From Thalassobaculaceae bacterium (lineage in GTDB: Bacteria > Pseudomonadota > Alphaproteobacteria > Thalassobaculales > Thalassobaculaceae): a stretch of 64,000 nt of DNA. The stretch is from NCBI GenBank assembly GCA_965228875.1, contig OZ245843.1:4384616-4448615 (forward strand). Direction: 5' to 3'. The notes beneath the pieces are model-generated. The model searched no databases. It was not told the origin of the DNA and saw nothing but the letters and a program-made list of their open reading frames with translations. The number at the start of each line of letters is the position of its first letter. Positions within the stretch are counted from its first letter, which is position 1. The position numbers and the translations under genes were made by a program. Below, in pieces: positions 21,921-32,576 of this stretch.

Positions 21921-23246
21921 CTATCGCAGGCGTTGACGGTCGGCGATGGCGGAGACCGGCGCGAGCACGATGCCCCGCGCCTCCAGGGTGCCGGCCCAGC
22001 GCTGGATGCGGTCGATCGTGACCGGGAGCGGCCGGGCGACTCCGATGGCGACACGCTGGTCCTGAGCGACGGTCTGGAGATCCGCCAGGGCCCGATCGAT
22101 CGCCGCGATGGCAGGCATGGCGTCCAGGAACCGGTTGTTGAACGCCCGCGGAAGCTGGATCGACGAGGCGAGTTCGGTGGCGATGCTGCGCGACGAGCCC
22201 CGGCTGTCGACGATCATCAGGCCCCGTTCCTTCAACCCCTCGAGGACCGGCATCATCGCGTCCTCGACCGTGGTGAACTGCGATCCCATCCAGGTGGCCA
22301 CGCCCACGAACCCCGGCGCCCGCCCGAGAACCCACTCCAGCCGGTTCAGGTTGTCGGCGGTCGACAGGGAGGTGAGCAGCGTCGACGGTCCCGGATCGTC
22401 GCGCGGGAAGTCCAGGGGCTCCAACGGCAGATCCATGAACACCTCATGCCCGTTGCTGCGGGCGATTTCCACCCACCGTTCCAGGCCGTCGGCATAGGGC
22501 GAGAAGCTGAGGGTGACGGCGCCCGGCAGCAGCTGGATCGCCGCGTCGGTCTCGCGCTGGTTCAGGCCGAGGTTCATCACCAGGATCGCGACCCGGGGGC
22601 GGTTGTCGTCGACGTCGAAGGGACGGGCGTAGGTCGACCAGGGTTGACGCCCGTCGATGCCGATGATCGGCAGCTGTGCCTCGTCGCGGACCTCGAGCAG
22701 TTCAGGATCGACCGGGGCCAGGGTGATGCCGTCGGAAGGTGCGGCCGCCGTCTCCGGCGCGGTTGCTTCGCCGCCGTCCGACTGTCCGCCGCCGTCTTTT
22801 CCGGCTTCGGCGCTCTCCGCGTTCCCGTCGCCTTTGTCGGCGCCGTCGTCGGTCATCGGCTTCCGCGCCGCCGCCGTGGTGTTGGGTTCCGGTTCCTCGC
22901 CCTCCTGCAGGATCGCGACGGTGAGCTGCGGGCGCTTGATCGTGCGCAACGCCTCCGTGTGCTCGGCATTGACCAGGAGCCAGCCGACCAGCCCTCCGGT
23001 GCCGCCGAGAACGGCGACCGCCAGGAGTCCGGTCAGCACGCCCGCGGCGATCCGTTTCCAACGGCCCTTCGGGCGTGGTGCGGGATCGTCGTCGAATCCG
23101 TCCGCGAAGCCGTCGCCCAGGTCATCCGGTGGCGGGGCGCCCGCTTCCGCCTCGTCAAGCGGATCGTCTGGATCGCCGCGCCCCCGCCGTTTGAGGAACG
23201 GCAGGGGCAGGCTCGGCAGACGGATATTCGGCTTGGGAAGCCTCAA
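21921..23246 (-). CDS. Divergent polysaccharide deacetylase family (YibQ-like)
   Basis: TM, acidic linker, then VTLSFSPY, GHEVFMDLPLEP, MGSQFT, VDSR; downstream of ctpA. Confidence 0.88.
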   Translation of the reverse strand: MRLPKPNIRLPSLPLPFLKRRGRGDPDDPLDEAEAGAPPPDDLGDGFADGFDDDPAPRPKGRWKRIAAGVLTGLLAVAVLGGTGGLVGWLLVNAEHTEALRTIKRPQLTVAILQEGEEPEPNTTAAARKPMTDDGADKGDGNAESAEAGKDGGGQSDGGEATAPETAAAPSDGITLAPVDPELLEVRDEAQLPIIGIDGRQPWSTYARPFDVDDNRPRVAILVMNLGLNQRETDAAIQLLPGAVTLSFSPYADGLERWVEIARSNGHEVFMDLPLEPLDFPRDDPGPSTLLTSLSTADNLNRLEWVLGRAPGFVGVATWMGSQFTTVEDAMMPVLEGLKERGLMIVDSRGSSRSIATELASSIQLPRAFNNRFLDAMPAIAAIDRALADLQTVAQDQRVAIGVARPLPVTIDRIQRWAGTLEARGIVLAPVSAIADRQRLR

Positions 23247-24649
23247 TTCACCACGCGTTTCTGGAACAGATGGAACCCGCGCAGCAGGTCGACCGCGCGG
23301 GCGAGCTGATAGTCCTCGAGGGCGGTCGGCTCGCCGTTACCCTCGGTCGCTTCCGCCTCGGCATCGGGCGCCGGCGCCTCGGAGGCGGCCGGAGGGGCGC
23401 CGTCCGGGTTGTCCAGCGCACCGCGCAGATCGGCTTCGCGCCGGCGGCGGCCTTCCTCGATCCGCTCGATCTTGGCCAGTTGGACCTCGATGTCCGGCTC
23501 GATACCCTTGGCCTGGATCGACCGTCCAGACGGCGTGTAGTAGCGCGCCGTGGTCAGCCGCATGGCGGCGTTGCCCTGAAGCGGCAGGATGGTCTGAACC
23601 GATCCCTTGCCGAAGGACTGGGTGCCGAGGACGATGGCCCGGCGGTGATCCTGGAGCGCGCCGGCCACGATCTCGGACGCCGAGGCCGACCCGCCGTTGA
23701 TCAGCACGACGATCGGCGCGCCGTCGGTGATGTCGCCGGCGGTGGCGTTCACCCGGCTGGCATTGGACTCGTCGCGGCCCCGGGTCGAGACGATCTCGCC
23801 GCGGTCGAGAAAGGCGTCGCTGACGGAGATCGCCTGATCCAGCAGACCGCCGGGATTGTTGCGCAGATCGATCACGAAGCCGTGCAGCTCGTCGCCCAGC
23901 TCCTTCGTGATCTCGGCCACGGATTCCTCGAGACCGACGGTGGTCTGCTCGTTGAACGTGGTGATCCGGACATATCCGATGTCGCCGATGACTCGGCTGC
24001 GGACCGAGCGGATGGTGATGATCGCCCGGGTGATGTCGACCTCGAACGGTTCCTCCTCGGCGCGGCGGATGGTGAGCGTGATCGGCGTGCCGACCTTGCC
24101 GCGCATCTTCTCGACCGCCTCCGACAGGGTAAGGCCAAGCACCGCCTCGCCGTCGAGATGGGTGATGTAGTCGCCCGGCTGCAGCCCGGCTTCGGAGGCC
24201 GGCGTGTCGTCGATCGGCGAGACGACCTTCACGAAGCCGTTCTCCATCGTCACCTCGATGCCGAGGCCACCGAACTCGCCCTTGGTCTGCACCCGCATGT
24301 CCTGGAAGCTCTTCGGGCTCAGGTAGCTCGAATGCGGATCCAGCGAGGTGAGCATGCCGTTGATCGCGGCCTCGACCAGCTGTTCGTCGCTGACCTCCTC
24401 GACGTATTGCGCCCGGACCTTCTCGAACACGTCGCCGAGCAGGCTGAGCTGGCGGTAGGTGTCGGTCGAGTTGGTCTGGCTCTGGCCGCCGGCGGTCGAG
24501 CCCAGCAGCGCAGCACCGCCGACGGCGACCGCCAGGACGGCGGTGGCGGCGATGCGGCGGACCGTGCGGCGCCGGCGGTTCGCGGACCGGATCGGCGCGC
24601 CGTGCGGCGCTTCGGGGGCATCAAGACGGGGTTCGTTCATCCGACTCAT
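23243..24649 (-). CDS. ctpA: C-terminal processing protease (S41A, PDZ)
   Basis: LDPHSSY, GEFGGLGIEV, DLRNNPGGLL, SASASEIVAGALQD, SFGKGSVQ. Confidence 0.95.
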   Translation of the reverse strand: MSRMNEPRLDAPEAPHGAPIRSANRRRRTVRRIAATAVLAVAVGGAALLGSTAGGQSQTNSTDTYRQLSLLGDVFEKVRAQYVEEVSDEQLVEAAINGMLTSLDPHSSYLSPKSFQDMRVQTKGEFGGLGIEVTMENGFVKVVSPIDDTPASEAGLQPGDYITHLDGEAVLGLTLSEAVEKMRGKVGTPITLTIRRAEEEPFEVDITRAIITIRSVRSRVIGDIGYVRITTFNEQTTVGLEESVAEITKELGDELHGFVIDLRNNPGGLLDQAISVSDAFLDRGEIVSTRGRDESNASRVNATAGDITDGAPIVVLINGGSASASEIVAGALQDHRRAIVLGTQSFGKGSVQTILPLQGNAAMRLTTARYYTPSGRSIQAKGIEPDIEVQLAKIERIEEGRRRREADLRGALDNPDGAPPAASEAPAPDAEAEATEGNGEPTALEDYQLARAVDLLRGFHLFQKRVVN

Positions 24650-25968
24650 CCTTTGGCCTTTTCGGTCAGTCCCGCGAACCACGGTAGCGGGTCGATCGGG
24701 TCACCATTGTGGCGAAGCTCCAGATACAGCTCCGGCGCAGTCTTCTCCGTTCCCACCCGTCCTGCCGGCGGACCCTCTGCCATGACGCCCACCGGTTCGC
24801 CGGCGAGGATCCGCGACCCGACGCCTAGGTCCACACGCGCAAGCCCCGCCAGAAGGGTATGATATCCGTCGCCGTGTTCAATGATCAAAATCCGGCCGAA
24901 TCCCTCGAACGGCCCAGCATACAACACGACTCCGTCATGCGGGGCGATCACGAGGGCGCCAGGCCGGGTGCGCAGCAGCAGACCCTGCGTCGTCAGGTCC
25001 GTGGGCGCGCCCTTGCCGAACCGGCGCACGACGGTGCCGGCGACCGGAGCGAACAGCCGGCCCCGGGCCTCGGAGAGCGGCGGTGGCTCGGGAAGAGAGC
25101 CGTGAAGAGAGCTGGGGAGCGAGGCAGGGGGGGGCGCGTCGGCGGGCGGCGGGCCGCCGCGGTCGACGCCGCTTCTCGGTCGCGGTTCGGGGGTAACCAG
25201 GGCGGACAGCTTGCGCTGCTCCTCCGCCTCCGCCGCCTCGCGCGCCTGCAGGCTATCGATCAGTTCGCGCAGGGAGCGGGCGGACTCGCTCAGTGCGCGG
25301 ATCTCGTCGGCAGCGTCGCTCGCGCGACTGCGGGTGCCGGCGAGCAGGTCGGCTTTCTCGGCCGCGATGGCGGCGAGCTGCGCCCGCTCGCCGTCGAGCA
25401 CCTCCGCCGCCAGGTCGAGCCGGTCGCGCTGGGCCCGGATGTCGGCTTCCAGGGTGGCCAGGGAGTCGAGTTCCCGCCTCAGCGCCTCGGCGTCGGCGTT
25501 CAGCCGGGGGATCGCCGATTCCAGCAGGATGCCGGTGTGCACCGTGTCGAGCGGCGCGCGGCCGACCAGCAGAAGCGTTTCCGGCGGGTGCCGGGCGAGG
25601 CGCTGCAGGGCGCCGGTGAGCCGCGCCAGTTCCTGGCGGCGGGCGCGCAGCCGGGCCCGCGTCTCCTTCGCCTCGTGGCGCAGGGTGTCGAGGGTCTGCT
25701 CGGCATCGAGCATGTCCGCCTCGGTGCGTTGCGCCCGGTTGGCGGTCGCGGCCATGCGCGCGCGCAGCCGGTCGATCTCCGCGGCCAGCGCACCGGCCAG
25801 CCGGTCGAGGCGTGATCCCGTCGCCCGCTCGTCCTCAAGCGCTTTCTCGATGCGGCGCAGTTCCGCCGATGGATCGTCGGTATCGGCCGACCGGGCGACG
25901 CCGGCGTGAAGGGCGGCGAGGAAGGGCAGCAGCGCCGCAAGGGCCGCGACAGGGGCGAGGTGCCGCAC
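24646..25968 (-). CDS. envC: Murein hydrolase activator EnvC family (coiled coil + degenerate M23)
   Basis: Signal peptide, long coiled coil, ILIIEHGDGYHTL, LYLELR...DPLPW. Confidence 0.88.
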   Translation of the reverse strand: MRHLAPVAALAALLPFLAALHAGVARSADTDDPSAELRRIEKALEDERATGSRLDRLAGALAAEIDRLRARMAATANRAQRTEADMLDAEQTLDTLRHEAKETRARLRARRQELARLTGALQRLARHPPETLLLVGRAPLDTVHTGILLESAIPRLNADAEALRRELDSLATLEADIRAQRDRLDLAAEVLDGERAQLAAIAAEKADLLAGTRSRASDAADEIRALSESARSLRELIDSLQAREAAEAEEQRKLSALVTPEPRPRSGVDRGGPPPADAPPPASLPSSLHGSLPEPPPLSEARGRLFAPVAGTVVRRFGKGAPTDLTTQGLLLRTRPGALVIAPHDGVVLYAGPFEGFGRILIIEHGDGYHTLLAGLARVDLGVGSRILAGEPVGVMAEGPPAGRVGTEKTAPELYLELRHNGDPIDPLPWFAGLTEKAKG

Positions 25969-25976
25969 CGTGGCGG

Positions 25977-27536
25977 TTACTCTGCCGCCTGGCGGTCGCG
26001 CACCAGCATCGATTCCCCGGTCATCTCCGCCGGCGGCTCGATCCCCATGAGCGACAGCAGGGTGGGGGCGACGTCGGCGAGCTTGCCTGTGCGGAGCGAG
26101 ACCACGTCGGCCGGTGCGCCGATCAGCGTGGTCGGCACCAGGTTGGTGGTGTGGGCGGTGTGCGGGCCTCCGGTCTCGGGGTCCTGCATGACCTCGCAGT
26201 TGCCGTGATCGGCGGTCAGGAACATCGCCCCGCCAGCCGCCAGTACCGCCTCGGCGACGCGGCCGACGCAGGTATCCACCGTCTCCACGGCCCTGATCGC
26301 CGCATCCAGGCTTCCGGTGTGGCCGACCATGTCCGGGTTGGCGAAGTTGGCGACGATCAGGTCGTAAGCGCCGCTCTCGATGGCGGCGACCAGCCTGTCG
26401 CAGACCTCGAAGGCGGACATCTCCGGCTGTAGGTCGTAGGTCTTGACCTTGGGCGAGGGGACCATGATCCGATCCTCGCCGTCGAACACCTCCTCGCGGC
26501 CGCCGTTCAGGAAAAAGGTGACGTGCGGGTACTTCTCGGTCTCGGCGATCCGAAGCTGCGTACGGCCGGCCTTGGCCGTCACCTCGCCCAGGGTGTCGTG
26601 CAGATCGAGCGGCGGGAAGATCGAGACCATCCTCTCGGCAAGGTCCGCGGAGTACTCGACCATGCCGCCGGCGACCGACAGCCGGGCGACACGCGGGCGC
26701 TCGAACCCGTCGAAATCGCCGTCGAGAAAGGCCGCCAGGATCTCGCGGGCCCGGTCGGCCCGGAAATTGGCCATGACAATGCCGTCACCGTCGCGCAGCG
26801 GCGCGCCGCCGGCGATCACTGTCGGGGTGACGAACTCGTCCGTCTCGTCGCGGGCGTAGGCCGCCTCGACAGCGGCGGCGGCGTCCTCGGCCGCGTGCTC
26901 CGCCTCGGCCAGGGCGATGGTCTTCCAGGCCTGCTCGACCCGCTCCCACCGCCGGTCGCGGTCCATGGCGAAGAACCTGCCGCTCACCGAGGCGATGCGG
27001 GCGGCGTCTGCGAGATCATCCGTGAAGGCCCGCAACTGATCCGCCGCCGATTTCGGCGGGCAGTCGCGGCCGTCGGTGAAGACGTGGACCACGACCTCGA
27101 TCCCGCCGGCGGCCAGCGCCTTCGCGAGGGCCGCCACATGCCGCTGGTGACTGTGCACGCCGCCGGTCGAGACCAGGCCCATCAGGTGACAGGTGCCGCC
27201 ACTCTTCCTCAGCGCGTCGACGATCCGGCCGACGGCCGGCTGCGTGGCCAGGCTGCCGTCGGCGATGGCGGCGTTGATGCGTGGCAAGTCCTGCATCACC
27301 ACGCGGCCGGCGCCGAGGTTCATGTGCCCGACCTCGGAATTGCCCATCTGCCCGTCCGGCAGGCCGACGAACTCCCCCGACGCGTTCATCAGTCCGCCCG
27401 GCCAGCGGGCGGCGAGGGCGTGGACGTTCGAGGTGTCGGCGAGGGCGACGGCGTTGTTGTCGCGGTCGCTGCGGTGGCCCCAACCGTCCATGATGCACAG
27501 GACGACCGGGCGGGGGATCTGGCGCGTCTGGGTCAT
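25977..27536 (-). CDS. gpmI: 2,3-bisphosphoglycerate-independent phosphoglycerate mutase
   Basis: DGWG, GNSEVGH, AETEKYPHVTFF, NPDMVGHTG, TADHGN. Confidence 0.98.
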   Translation of the reverse strand: MTQTRQIPRPVVLCIMDGWGHRSDRDNNAVALADTSNVHALAARWPGGLMNASGEFVGLPDGQMGNSEVGHMNLGAGRVVMQDLPRINAAIADGSLATQPAVGRIVDALRKSGGTCHLMGLVSTGGVHSHQRHVAALAKALAAGGIEVVVHVFTDGRDCPPKSAADQLRAFTDDLADAARIASVSGRFFAMDRDRRWERVEQAWKTIALAEAEHAAEDAAAAVEAAYARDETDEFVTPTVIAGGAPLRDGDGIVMANFRADRAREILAAFLDGDFDGFERPRVARLSVAGGMVEYSADLAERMVSIFPPLDLHDTLGEVTAKAGRTQLRIAETEKYPHVTFFLNGGREEVFDGEDRIMVPSPKVKTYDLQPEMSAFEVCDRLVAAIESGAYDLIVANFANPDMVGHTGSLDAAIRAVETVDTCVGRVAEAVLAAGGAMFLTADHGNCEVMQDPETGGPHTAHTTNLVPTTLIGAPADVVSLRTGKLADVAPTLLSLMGIEPPAEMTGESMLVRDRQAAE

Positions 27537-27620
27537 GCGCCGGTTATATAGCGATCCAAGGGGGCAGGTCACGGACTGCGCGCGTCCCCTTGCCATTCGA
27601 CAGTCTGGCGACGCACGGGA

Positions 27621-28217
27621 TCAACGGATCGCCGCGACGACCGAGACCACCAGCAGAAGGGCGAAGACGATGTTGACCGCCCGCCCCAGGACCGGATCGC
27701 GCAACCAGCGGGAGAACAGCGCTCCGAACGCGAGCCAGGTGCCGTTGACCGCGACGATGACCAGGCCGAGGGCGGCAATCTTGGTGACGGCGTCGGCGAG
27801 CGGGTCGCCAGCGACGACGGTGACGCTGGAATAGACCGCGCCTATGGCCGCGAAGGCCTTGGGGTTGGCGACGGCGAGCAGGTAGCCGCCGGCCAACCCG
27901 GCCGGTCGGGCGTCGGCCTCGCGGGCAGGTGCACCGACCGGCGCGGAGGCGATCCGCCAGGCGAGGTACAGGATGTAGGCAGCGGCCGCGACGGTGACGA
28001 CCGGCACCGCGCCCGGCACTACGAGCAGCAGACCCGAGACCCCGGTGGCAACCGCCAGCAGCACGGTGGCGGTGCCGAGGCAGATCCCGGCGAGGTAGGG
28101 CAGACCGGCCCGCAATCCGAAGGCGCTGCCTATTGCGGCGGTGCTGAGCGTCGCCGGGCCGGGGCTGCCCATCAGGGGCAGGGCGGCGAGCCAGAGTGGG
28201 AGGAGAGCGTCGACCAT
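27621..28217 (-). CDS. LysE/RhtB family exporter
   Basis: SPGPAT, YILYLAWRI, NPKA motifs. Confidence 0.9.
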   Translation of the reverse strand: MVDALLPLWLAALPLMGSPGPATLSTAAIGSAFGLRAGLPYLAGICLGTATVLLAVATGVSGLLLVVPGAVPVVTVAAAAYILYLAWRIASAPVGAPAREADARPAGLAGGYLLAVANPKAFAAIGAVYSSVTVVAGDPLADAVTKIAALGLVIVAVNGTWLAFGALFSRWLRDPVLGRAVNIVFALLLVVSVVAAIR

Positions 28218-28300
28218 GCCGTCGATTGAACGCGGAGTGATCGAGGCCGTCTTGGATGTTTGTGCGGAACAGGTGGCGAGGCGAGCTTTGTGTGGCCGGA

Positions 28301-28759
28301 TCACACCCGGTGATACGGATGCCCCGCCAGGATGCGTTCGGCCCGGTAGACCTGCTCGACCAGCATCACGCGCGCCAGCATGTGCGGCCAGGTCTGGGGG
28401 CCGAAGGCGAGGGTCAGGTCAGCGCGGTCGCGGACCGACGGATCCAGGCCGTCGGCGCCGCCGATGACGAAGCAGACGTCGCCGCGCCCCTGGTCGCGCC
28501 AGGAGCCCAGTCGTCGGGCCAGGTCTTCGCTGGAGAGTCCCTTGCCCCGCTCGTCCAGGGCGATCAGCACCGCGCCGTCGGGAATGCGGGCGGCGATCAG
28601 CGATGCCTCTTCCGCCTTGAGCGCGTCGCCCTCCAGGCGCTTGCGGCTCTCCACCTCGTGGATCGCGAGCGTCCATGGGAGGCGCTCGCCATACTGGCGG
28701 CACAGGGTCTCCATGGGGCCGCGTTTCAGGCGGCCCACCGCCACGATCGTGATCCTCAC
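28301..28759 (-). CDS. rlmH: 23S rRNA m3Psi1915 methyltransferase
   Basis: LDERGK, FVIGGADG, TWPHMLARVMLVEQVYRA...GHPYHR. Confidence 0.97.
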   Translation of the reverse strand: MRITIVAVGRLKRGPMETLCRQYGERLPWTLAIHEVESRKRLEGDALKAEEASLIAARIPDGAVLIALDERGKGLSSEDLARRLGSWRDQGRGDVCFVIGGADGLDPSVRDRADLTLAFGPQTWPHMLARVMLVEQVYRAERILAGHPYHRV

Positions 28760-28786
28760 GGTGCTCCGGTCCGACGTCGGGTCGGA

Positions 28787-29155
28787 TCAGGCGTGCGCGA
28801 AGGTCGGCTCGGCGTCCGCGCCGGACTCGCCGCCGATGCGGACGGTGCGGCTCGGCGGCGGCGTGGCGCCCCACATCTTCTCCAGCCCGTAGAACTCCCG
28901 GACCTCGGGGCGGAACAGGTGGACGATGATGTCGCCAGCGTCGATCAGCACCCAGTCGCCGCGGGACTGTCCCTCCACGGTGACGCCGTCGACGCCCTGA
29001 TCCTTGAGTTTTCTGAGAAGGTGGTCGGCCATGGCCGAAACCTGCCGCGACGAGCGGCCCGTGGCGATGATCATGTAATCGCCGATGGCGGACTTCCCGG
29101 CCAGATCGATGGCCACAATGTCCTCGGCCTTGTCGTCGTCCAGCGACTTGGTCAC
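28787..29155 (-). CDS. rsfS: Ribosome silencing factor (Iojap); true start may be upstream at 29203
   Basis: LDDDKAEDIVAID, DWVLIDAGDIIVHLF, REFYGLEKMW. Confidence 0.95.
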   Translation of the reverse strand: MTKSLDDDKAEDIVAIDLAGKSAIGDYMIIATGRSSRQVSAMADHLLRKLKDQGVDGVTVEGQSRGDWVLIDAGDIIVHLFRPEVREFYGLEKMWGATPPPSRTVRIGGESGADAEPTFAHA

Positions 29156-29295
29156 CAGATGCTTCAGGCCGTCTCCCGGATGGGGAGCGTGTGTGTCGAG
29201 TATGGTCGAACTCCTTTCCTCGCCAGTTCCGAGTTCCGGCGTGCCCCGGAACCCGTAGTTGCGTCGATGATACCGATGACCGGACCGCGTGCTGC

Positions 29296-30027
29296 CTATG
29301 TCGCCCGTCCCTTACGCCGCTCGGCCCTGATTTGGGTCGCAGACGCGGCATGGTGACGGGTGTGGAGGAACACCCAAGCCGGGGGCCGCCTGTCCGCCAG
29401 TTCCCGGGACGCCCTCTCGGGCACCCGGGCCCTCGCGAAACGCTTGGCGGCACGACTCGCCAACGCCCTTAGAGAATAGGAAGGCCGGTCGAAAACCGCA
29501 ATGACGGTGGTGTGACAGATCAGAGACCAGCGTTCCCAGCGGTGGAACGTCGCCAGGTTGTCCGCTCCCATGATCCACACGAAGGACATGCGCGGGCAGC
29601 GGCGGCGCAGGGCCACCAGGGTGTCGGCAGTGAAATGGGTGGCGGTGTGCAGCTCGATATCCTTCACCCTGATCCGCGGATGGCGGGCCATCGCCCGGGC
29701 CGAGGCCAGGCGCTCGGCGAAGGGCGCCATGTCGTCGCGCGGTTTCAGAGGGTTCTGCGGGCTGACCAGCCACCACACCTCGTCCAGCCCCAGGCGCTTC
29801 ATCGCGGTCTCCGCGACGTGACGATGCCCCTCGTGGGCCGGGTTGAACGAGCCGCCCATCAGGCCGACCTTGAGCCGGCGTCGGTCGGCTCCCGCGCGGG
29901 GCAGGGCCGGCGCCTCGCTGGCGGGCATGCGCAGGGCGTTCGGGCGGACCCTCGCGAACAGCACCGCGCCGGCATCGGGGGGCAGGCCGTCCCGATGGGG
30001 GGAGCGAATCGGAGTGAACAGGGTCAT
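29296..30027 (-). CDS. nadD: Nicotinate-nucleotide adenylyltransferase
   Basis: GGSFNPAHEGH, WIMGADN, SATQIR; exact start uncertain. Confidence 0.95.
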   Translation of the reverse strand: MTLFTPIRSPHRDGLPPDAGAVLFARVRPNALRMPASEAPALPRAGADRRRLKVGLMGGSFNPAHEGHRHVAETAMKRLGLDEVWWLVSPQNPLKPRDDMAPFAERLASARAMARHPRIRVKDIELHTATHFTADTLVALRRRCPRMSFVWIMGADNLATFHRWERWSLICHTTVIAVFDRPSYSLRALASRAAKRFARARVPERASRELADRRPPAWVFLHTRHHAASATQIRAERRKGRAT

Positions 30028-30072
30028 CGCCGCGAACGGGTGGGGGCCACGGGGGTCAGGGTCGGCCGGCGG

Positions 30073-31386
30073 TCACGGTCGGGTCTGACCGGTGCCGCGC
30101 ACGAGGTACTTGAAGCTGGTCAGCTGCTCGGCTCCGACCGGTCCGCGGGCGTGCATGCGTCCGGTGGAGATGCCGATCTCCGCGCCGAAGCCGAACTCGC
30201 CGCCGTCGGCGAACTGGGTCGAGGCGTTGTGCAGCACGATGGCGCTGTCGACCTCGCTCAGAAACCGTTCGGCCACGGCGCCGTCCTCGGTGACGATGGT
30301 GTCGGTGTGGTGCGAGCCGTGACGGTTGATGTGCTCGATCGCGCCGGCCACGCCGTCGACCACGGCGACGGAGAGGATGGCGTCCAGATACTCGGTGTCC
30401 CAGTCCTGTGCTTCGGCGGCGTCCATCTCGGCGACGATCGACCGCGCCTCGGCGTCGCCGCGCAGCGCGCAGCCGGCGGTCCGCAGGGCGTCGGCCACGG
30501 CCGGCAGCAGGTCGGCGGCGACCGCCCGGTCGACCAGCAAGGTCTCGGCCGCGCCGCAGACCGAGGTGCGGCGCATCTTGGCGTTGACGGCGATCGCCAC
30601 CGCCTTGTCCCTGTCGGCGGCCGCGTCGAGGTAGACGTGGCAGAGCCCGTCCAGGTGGGCGAAGACCGGCACCCGGCTCTCGTTCTGGACCCGTTCGATC
30701 AGCGAACGGCCACCGCGCGGCACGATCACGTCGACGAACTGAGGCATGGTCAGCAGCTTGCCGACGGCGGCCCGGTCGGTGGTGGGCACTGACTGGATCG
30801 CGTCTTCCGGCAGGCCGGCAGCGCGCAGGCCCTCGTGCATGGCGGCGACGATGGCGGACGACGAGTGATAGCTCTCGGACCCGCCGCGCAGGATGGAGGC
30901 GTTGCCGGCCTTCAGGCACAGCCCGCCGGCGTCGGCGGTCACGTTCGGACGGGACTCGTAGATGATGCCGATCACGCCGAGCGGCACGCGCCGCCGCTCG
31001 AACCGCAGGCCGTTCGGGCGTTCCCATTCGGCCATGGTCATGCCGACCGGATCCGGCAGTTCGGCGATCGCCTCCAGGCCGTCGGCCACGCCCTCGAGGC
31101 GGTCGCCGTCCAGCATCAGCCGGTCGATCAGCGCGTCGCGCAGCCCCTTGGCCCGCGCCGCGTCGACGTCCCGCGCATTGGCCGCCAGAATCCCGGGCGC
31201 GCCGCTGCGGATGGCGGCGGCCGCCGCGCGCAGGGCGTCGTTCTTTCGGTCGCCGGAGGCCTGGGCGAGTACGGCGGAAGCGGCGCGGGCCCGCCGGCCG
31301 ATCTCCAGCATCATTGTGTCGAGGTCGTTGGCGACCGTCGGCGACGCGTGGCGGGCGTCGTCGGGAAGCTGTTCTGCCAGGGTCAT
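30073..31386 (-). CDS. proA: Gamma-glutamyl phosphate reductase
   Basis: [37 protein letters not shown]. Confidence 0.98.
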   Translation of the reverse strand: MTLAEQLPDDARHASPTVANDLDTMMLEIGRRARAASAVLAQASGDRKNDALRAAAAAIRSGAPGILAANARDVDAARAKGLRDALIDRLMLDGDRLEGVADGLEAIAELPDPVGMTMAEWERPNGLRFERRRVPLGVIGIIYESRPNVTADAGGLCLKAGNASILRGGSESYHSSSAIVAAMHEGLRAAGLPEDAIQSVPTTDRAAVGKLLTMPQFVDVIVPRGGRSLIERVQNESRVPVFAHLDGLCHVYLDAAADRDKAVAIAVNAKMRRTSVCGAAETLLVDRAVAADLLPAVADALRTAGCALRGDAEARSIVAEMDAAEAQDWDTEYLDAILSVAVVDGVAGAIEHINRHGSHHTDTIVTEDGAVAERFLSEVDSAIVLHNASTQFADGGEFGFGAEIGISTGRMHARGPVGAEQLTSFKYLVRGTGQTRP

Positions 31387-32576
31387 CGCTGCGCGTCCTC
31401 CTCCACGGTGCGGCCGTCGGTCAGCACCAGATCGTCTCTGTGGACGATTTCATCGCGGCCACGGTAGCCGAGGGCGGTCTCGATTTCACGGGATTTGAGC
31501 CCGGCGATCCGCCGCGCATCCTCCGATGTGTAGGCGACGAGACCGCGTCCGCGGATCACCCGGTCCGGGCCGTGCAGGGTGACGAGGTCGCCCCGTTCGA
31601 AGGTGCCGACGACCTCCGATACGCCGGCGGGGAGCAGGCTCTTGCCGGCGTTCAGGGCCCGCACTGCCCCCGCGTCGACAATGAGCTGGCCGCGCGGCGC
31701 CAGCGATCCGGCGATCCAGCGCTTGCGGGCGGTCAGCGGCGAGGCGCCCGCGTGGAACCAGGTGCAGCGCGCGCCATCCTGGTCGGGGCCGGCGTCGATG
31801 CGGCGGATCGGATGCAGATCGCGGCCGTTGGCGATCACCATTCGGCAACCGGCGGCACCGGCGATCTTGGCGGCGGCGAGCTTGGTCACCATGCCGCCCG
31901 AGGCATAGCCGCTGCCGGCGGCCCCGGCCATGGCCTCGATCTCGGCGGTGACCCCCTCGACGTCGGGGATGTGCCGGGCGTCGGGATCGCGCCTGGGGTC
32001 GGCGGTGTACAGCCCGTCGATGTCGGAAAGCAGGATCAGGGTGTCGGCGCTGGCCATCTGCGCGACCCGGGCGCCGAGGCGGTCGTTGTCGCCGAAGCGG
32101 ATCTCGGCGGTGGCGACGGTGTCGTTCTCGTTGATGACGGGGACCGCGCCGAGGGCCAGCAGGGTGTTGATGGTGGCCCGGGCGTTGAGGTGCCGGCGGC
32201 GCTGTTCGGTGTCGTCGGGGGAGACCAGGATCTGGGCGACGGTCAGGTGATGGCGGGCCAGCGCCTCCTGATAGGCGTGGGCCAGGATGATCTGTCCGGT
32301 GGCGGCGGCGGCCTGCTTCTCCTCCAACTTGGGGCGGACCTGGTCGATGCCCAGGTGCCGGCGGCCGAGCGCGATCGCGCCGGAGGACACCACCAGGACC
32401 TCGACCCCGGCACGCCGGAGACCGGCGATATCGTCGGCCAGCGCGTCGAGCCAGGCCCGGCGCACCGACCCGCTGTCCTCGTCCACCAGCAGCGCCGAGC
32501 CGATCTTGATGACCAACCGGCGGGAATCGACGATGCGGTGCGGGGCGGCGCGCGATCTGGCGGCTACGGCGTCCAT
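31383..32576 (-). CDS. proB: Glutamate 5-kinase
   Basis: KIGSALL, INENDTV, FGDND, GGMVTK, PUA domain; start trimmed to MDAVAARS. Confidence 0.97.
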   Translation of the reverse strand: MDAVAARSRAAPHRIVDSRRLVIKIGSALLVDEDSGSVRRAWLDALADDIAGLRRAGVEVLVVSSGAIALGRRHLGIDQVRPKLEEKQAAAATGQIILAHAYQEALARHHLTVAQILVSPDDTEQRRRHLNARATINTLLALGAVPVINENDTVATAEIRFGDNDRLGARVAQMASADTLILLSDIDGLYTADPRRDPDARHIPDVEGVTAEIEAMAGAAGSGYASGGMVTKLAAAKIAGAAGCRMVIANGRDLHPIRRIDAGPDQDGARCTWFHAGASPLTARKRWIAGSLAPRGQLIVDAGAVRALNAGKSLLPAGVSEVVGTFERGDLVTLHGPDRVIRGRGLVAYTSEDARRIAGLKSREIETALGYRGRDEIVHRDDLVLTDGRTVEEDAQR

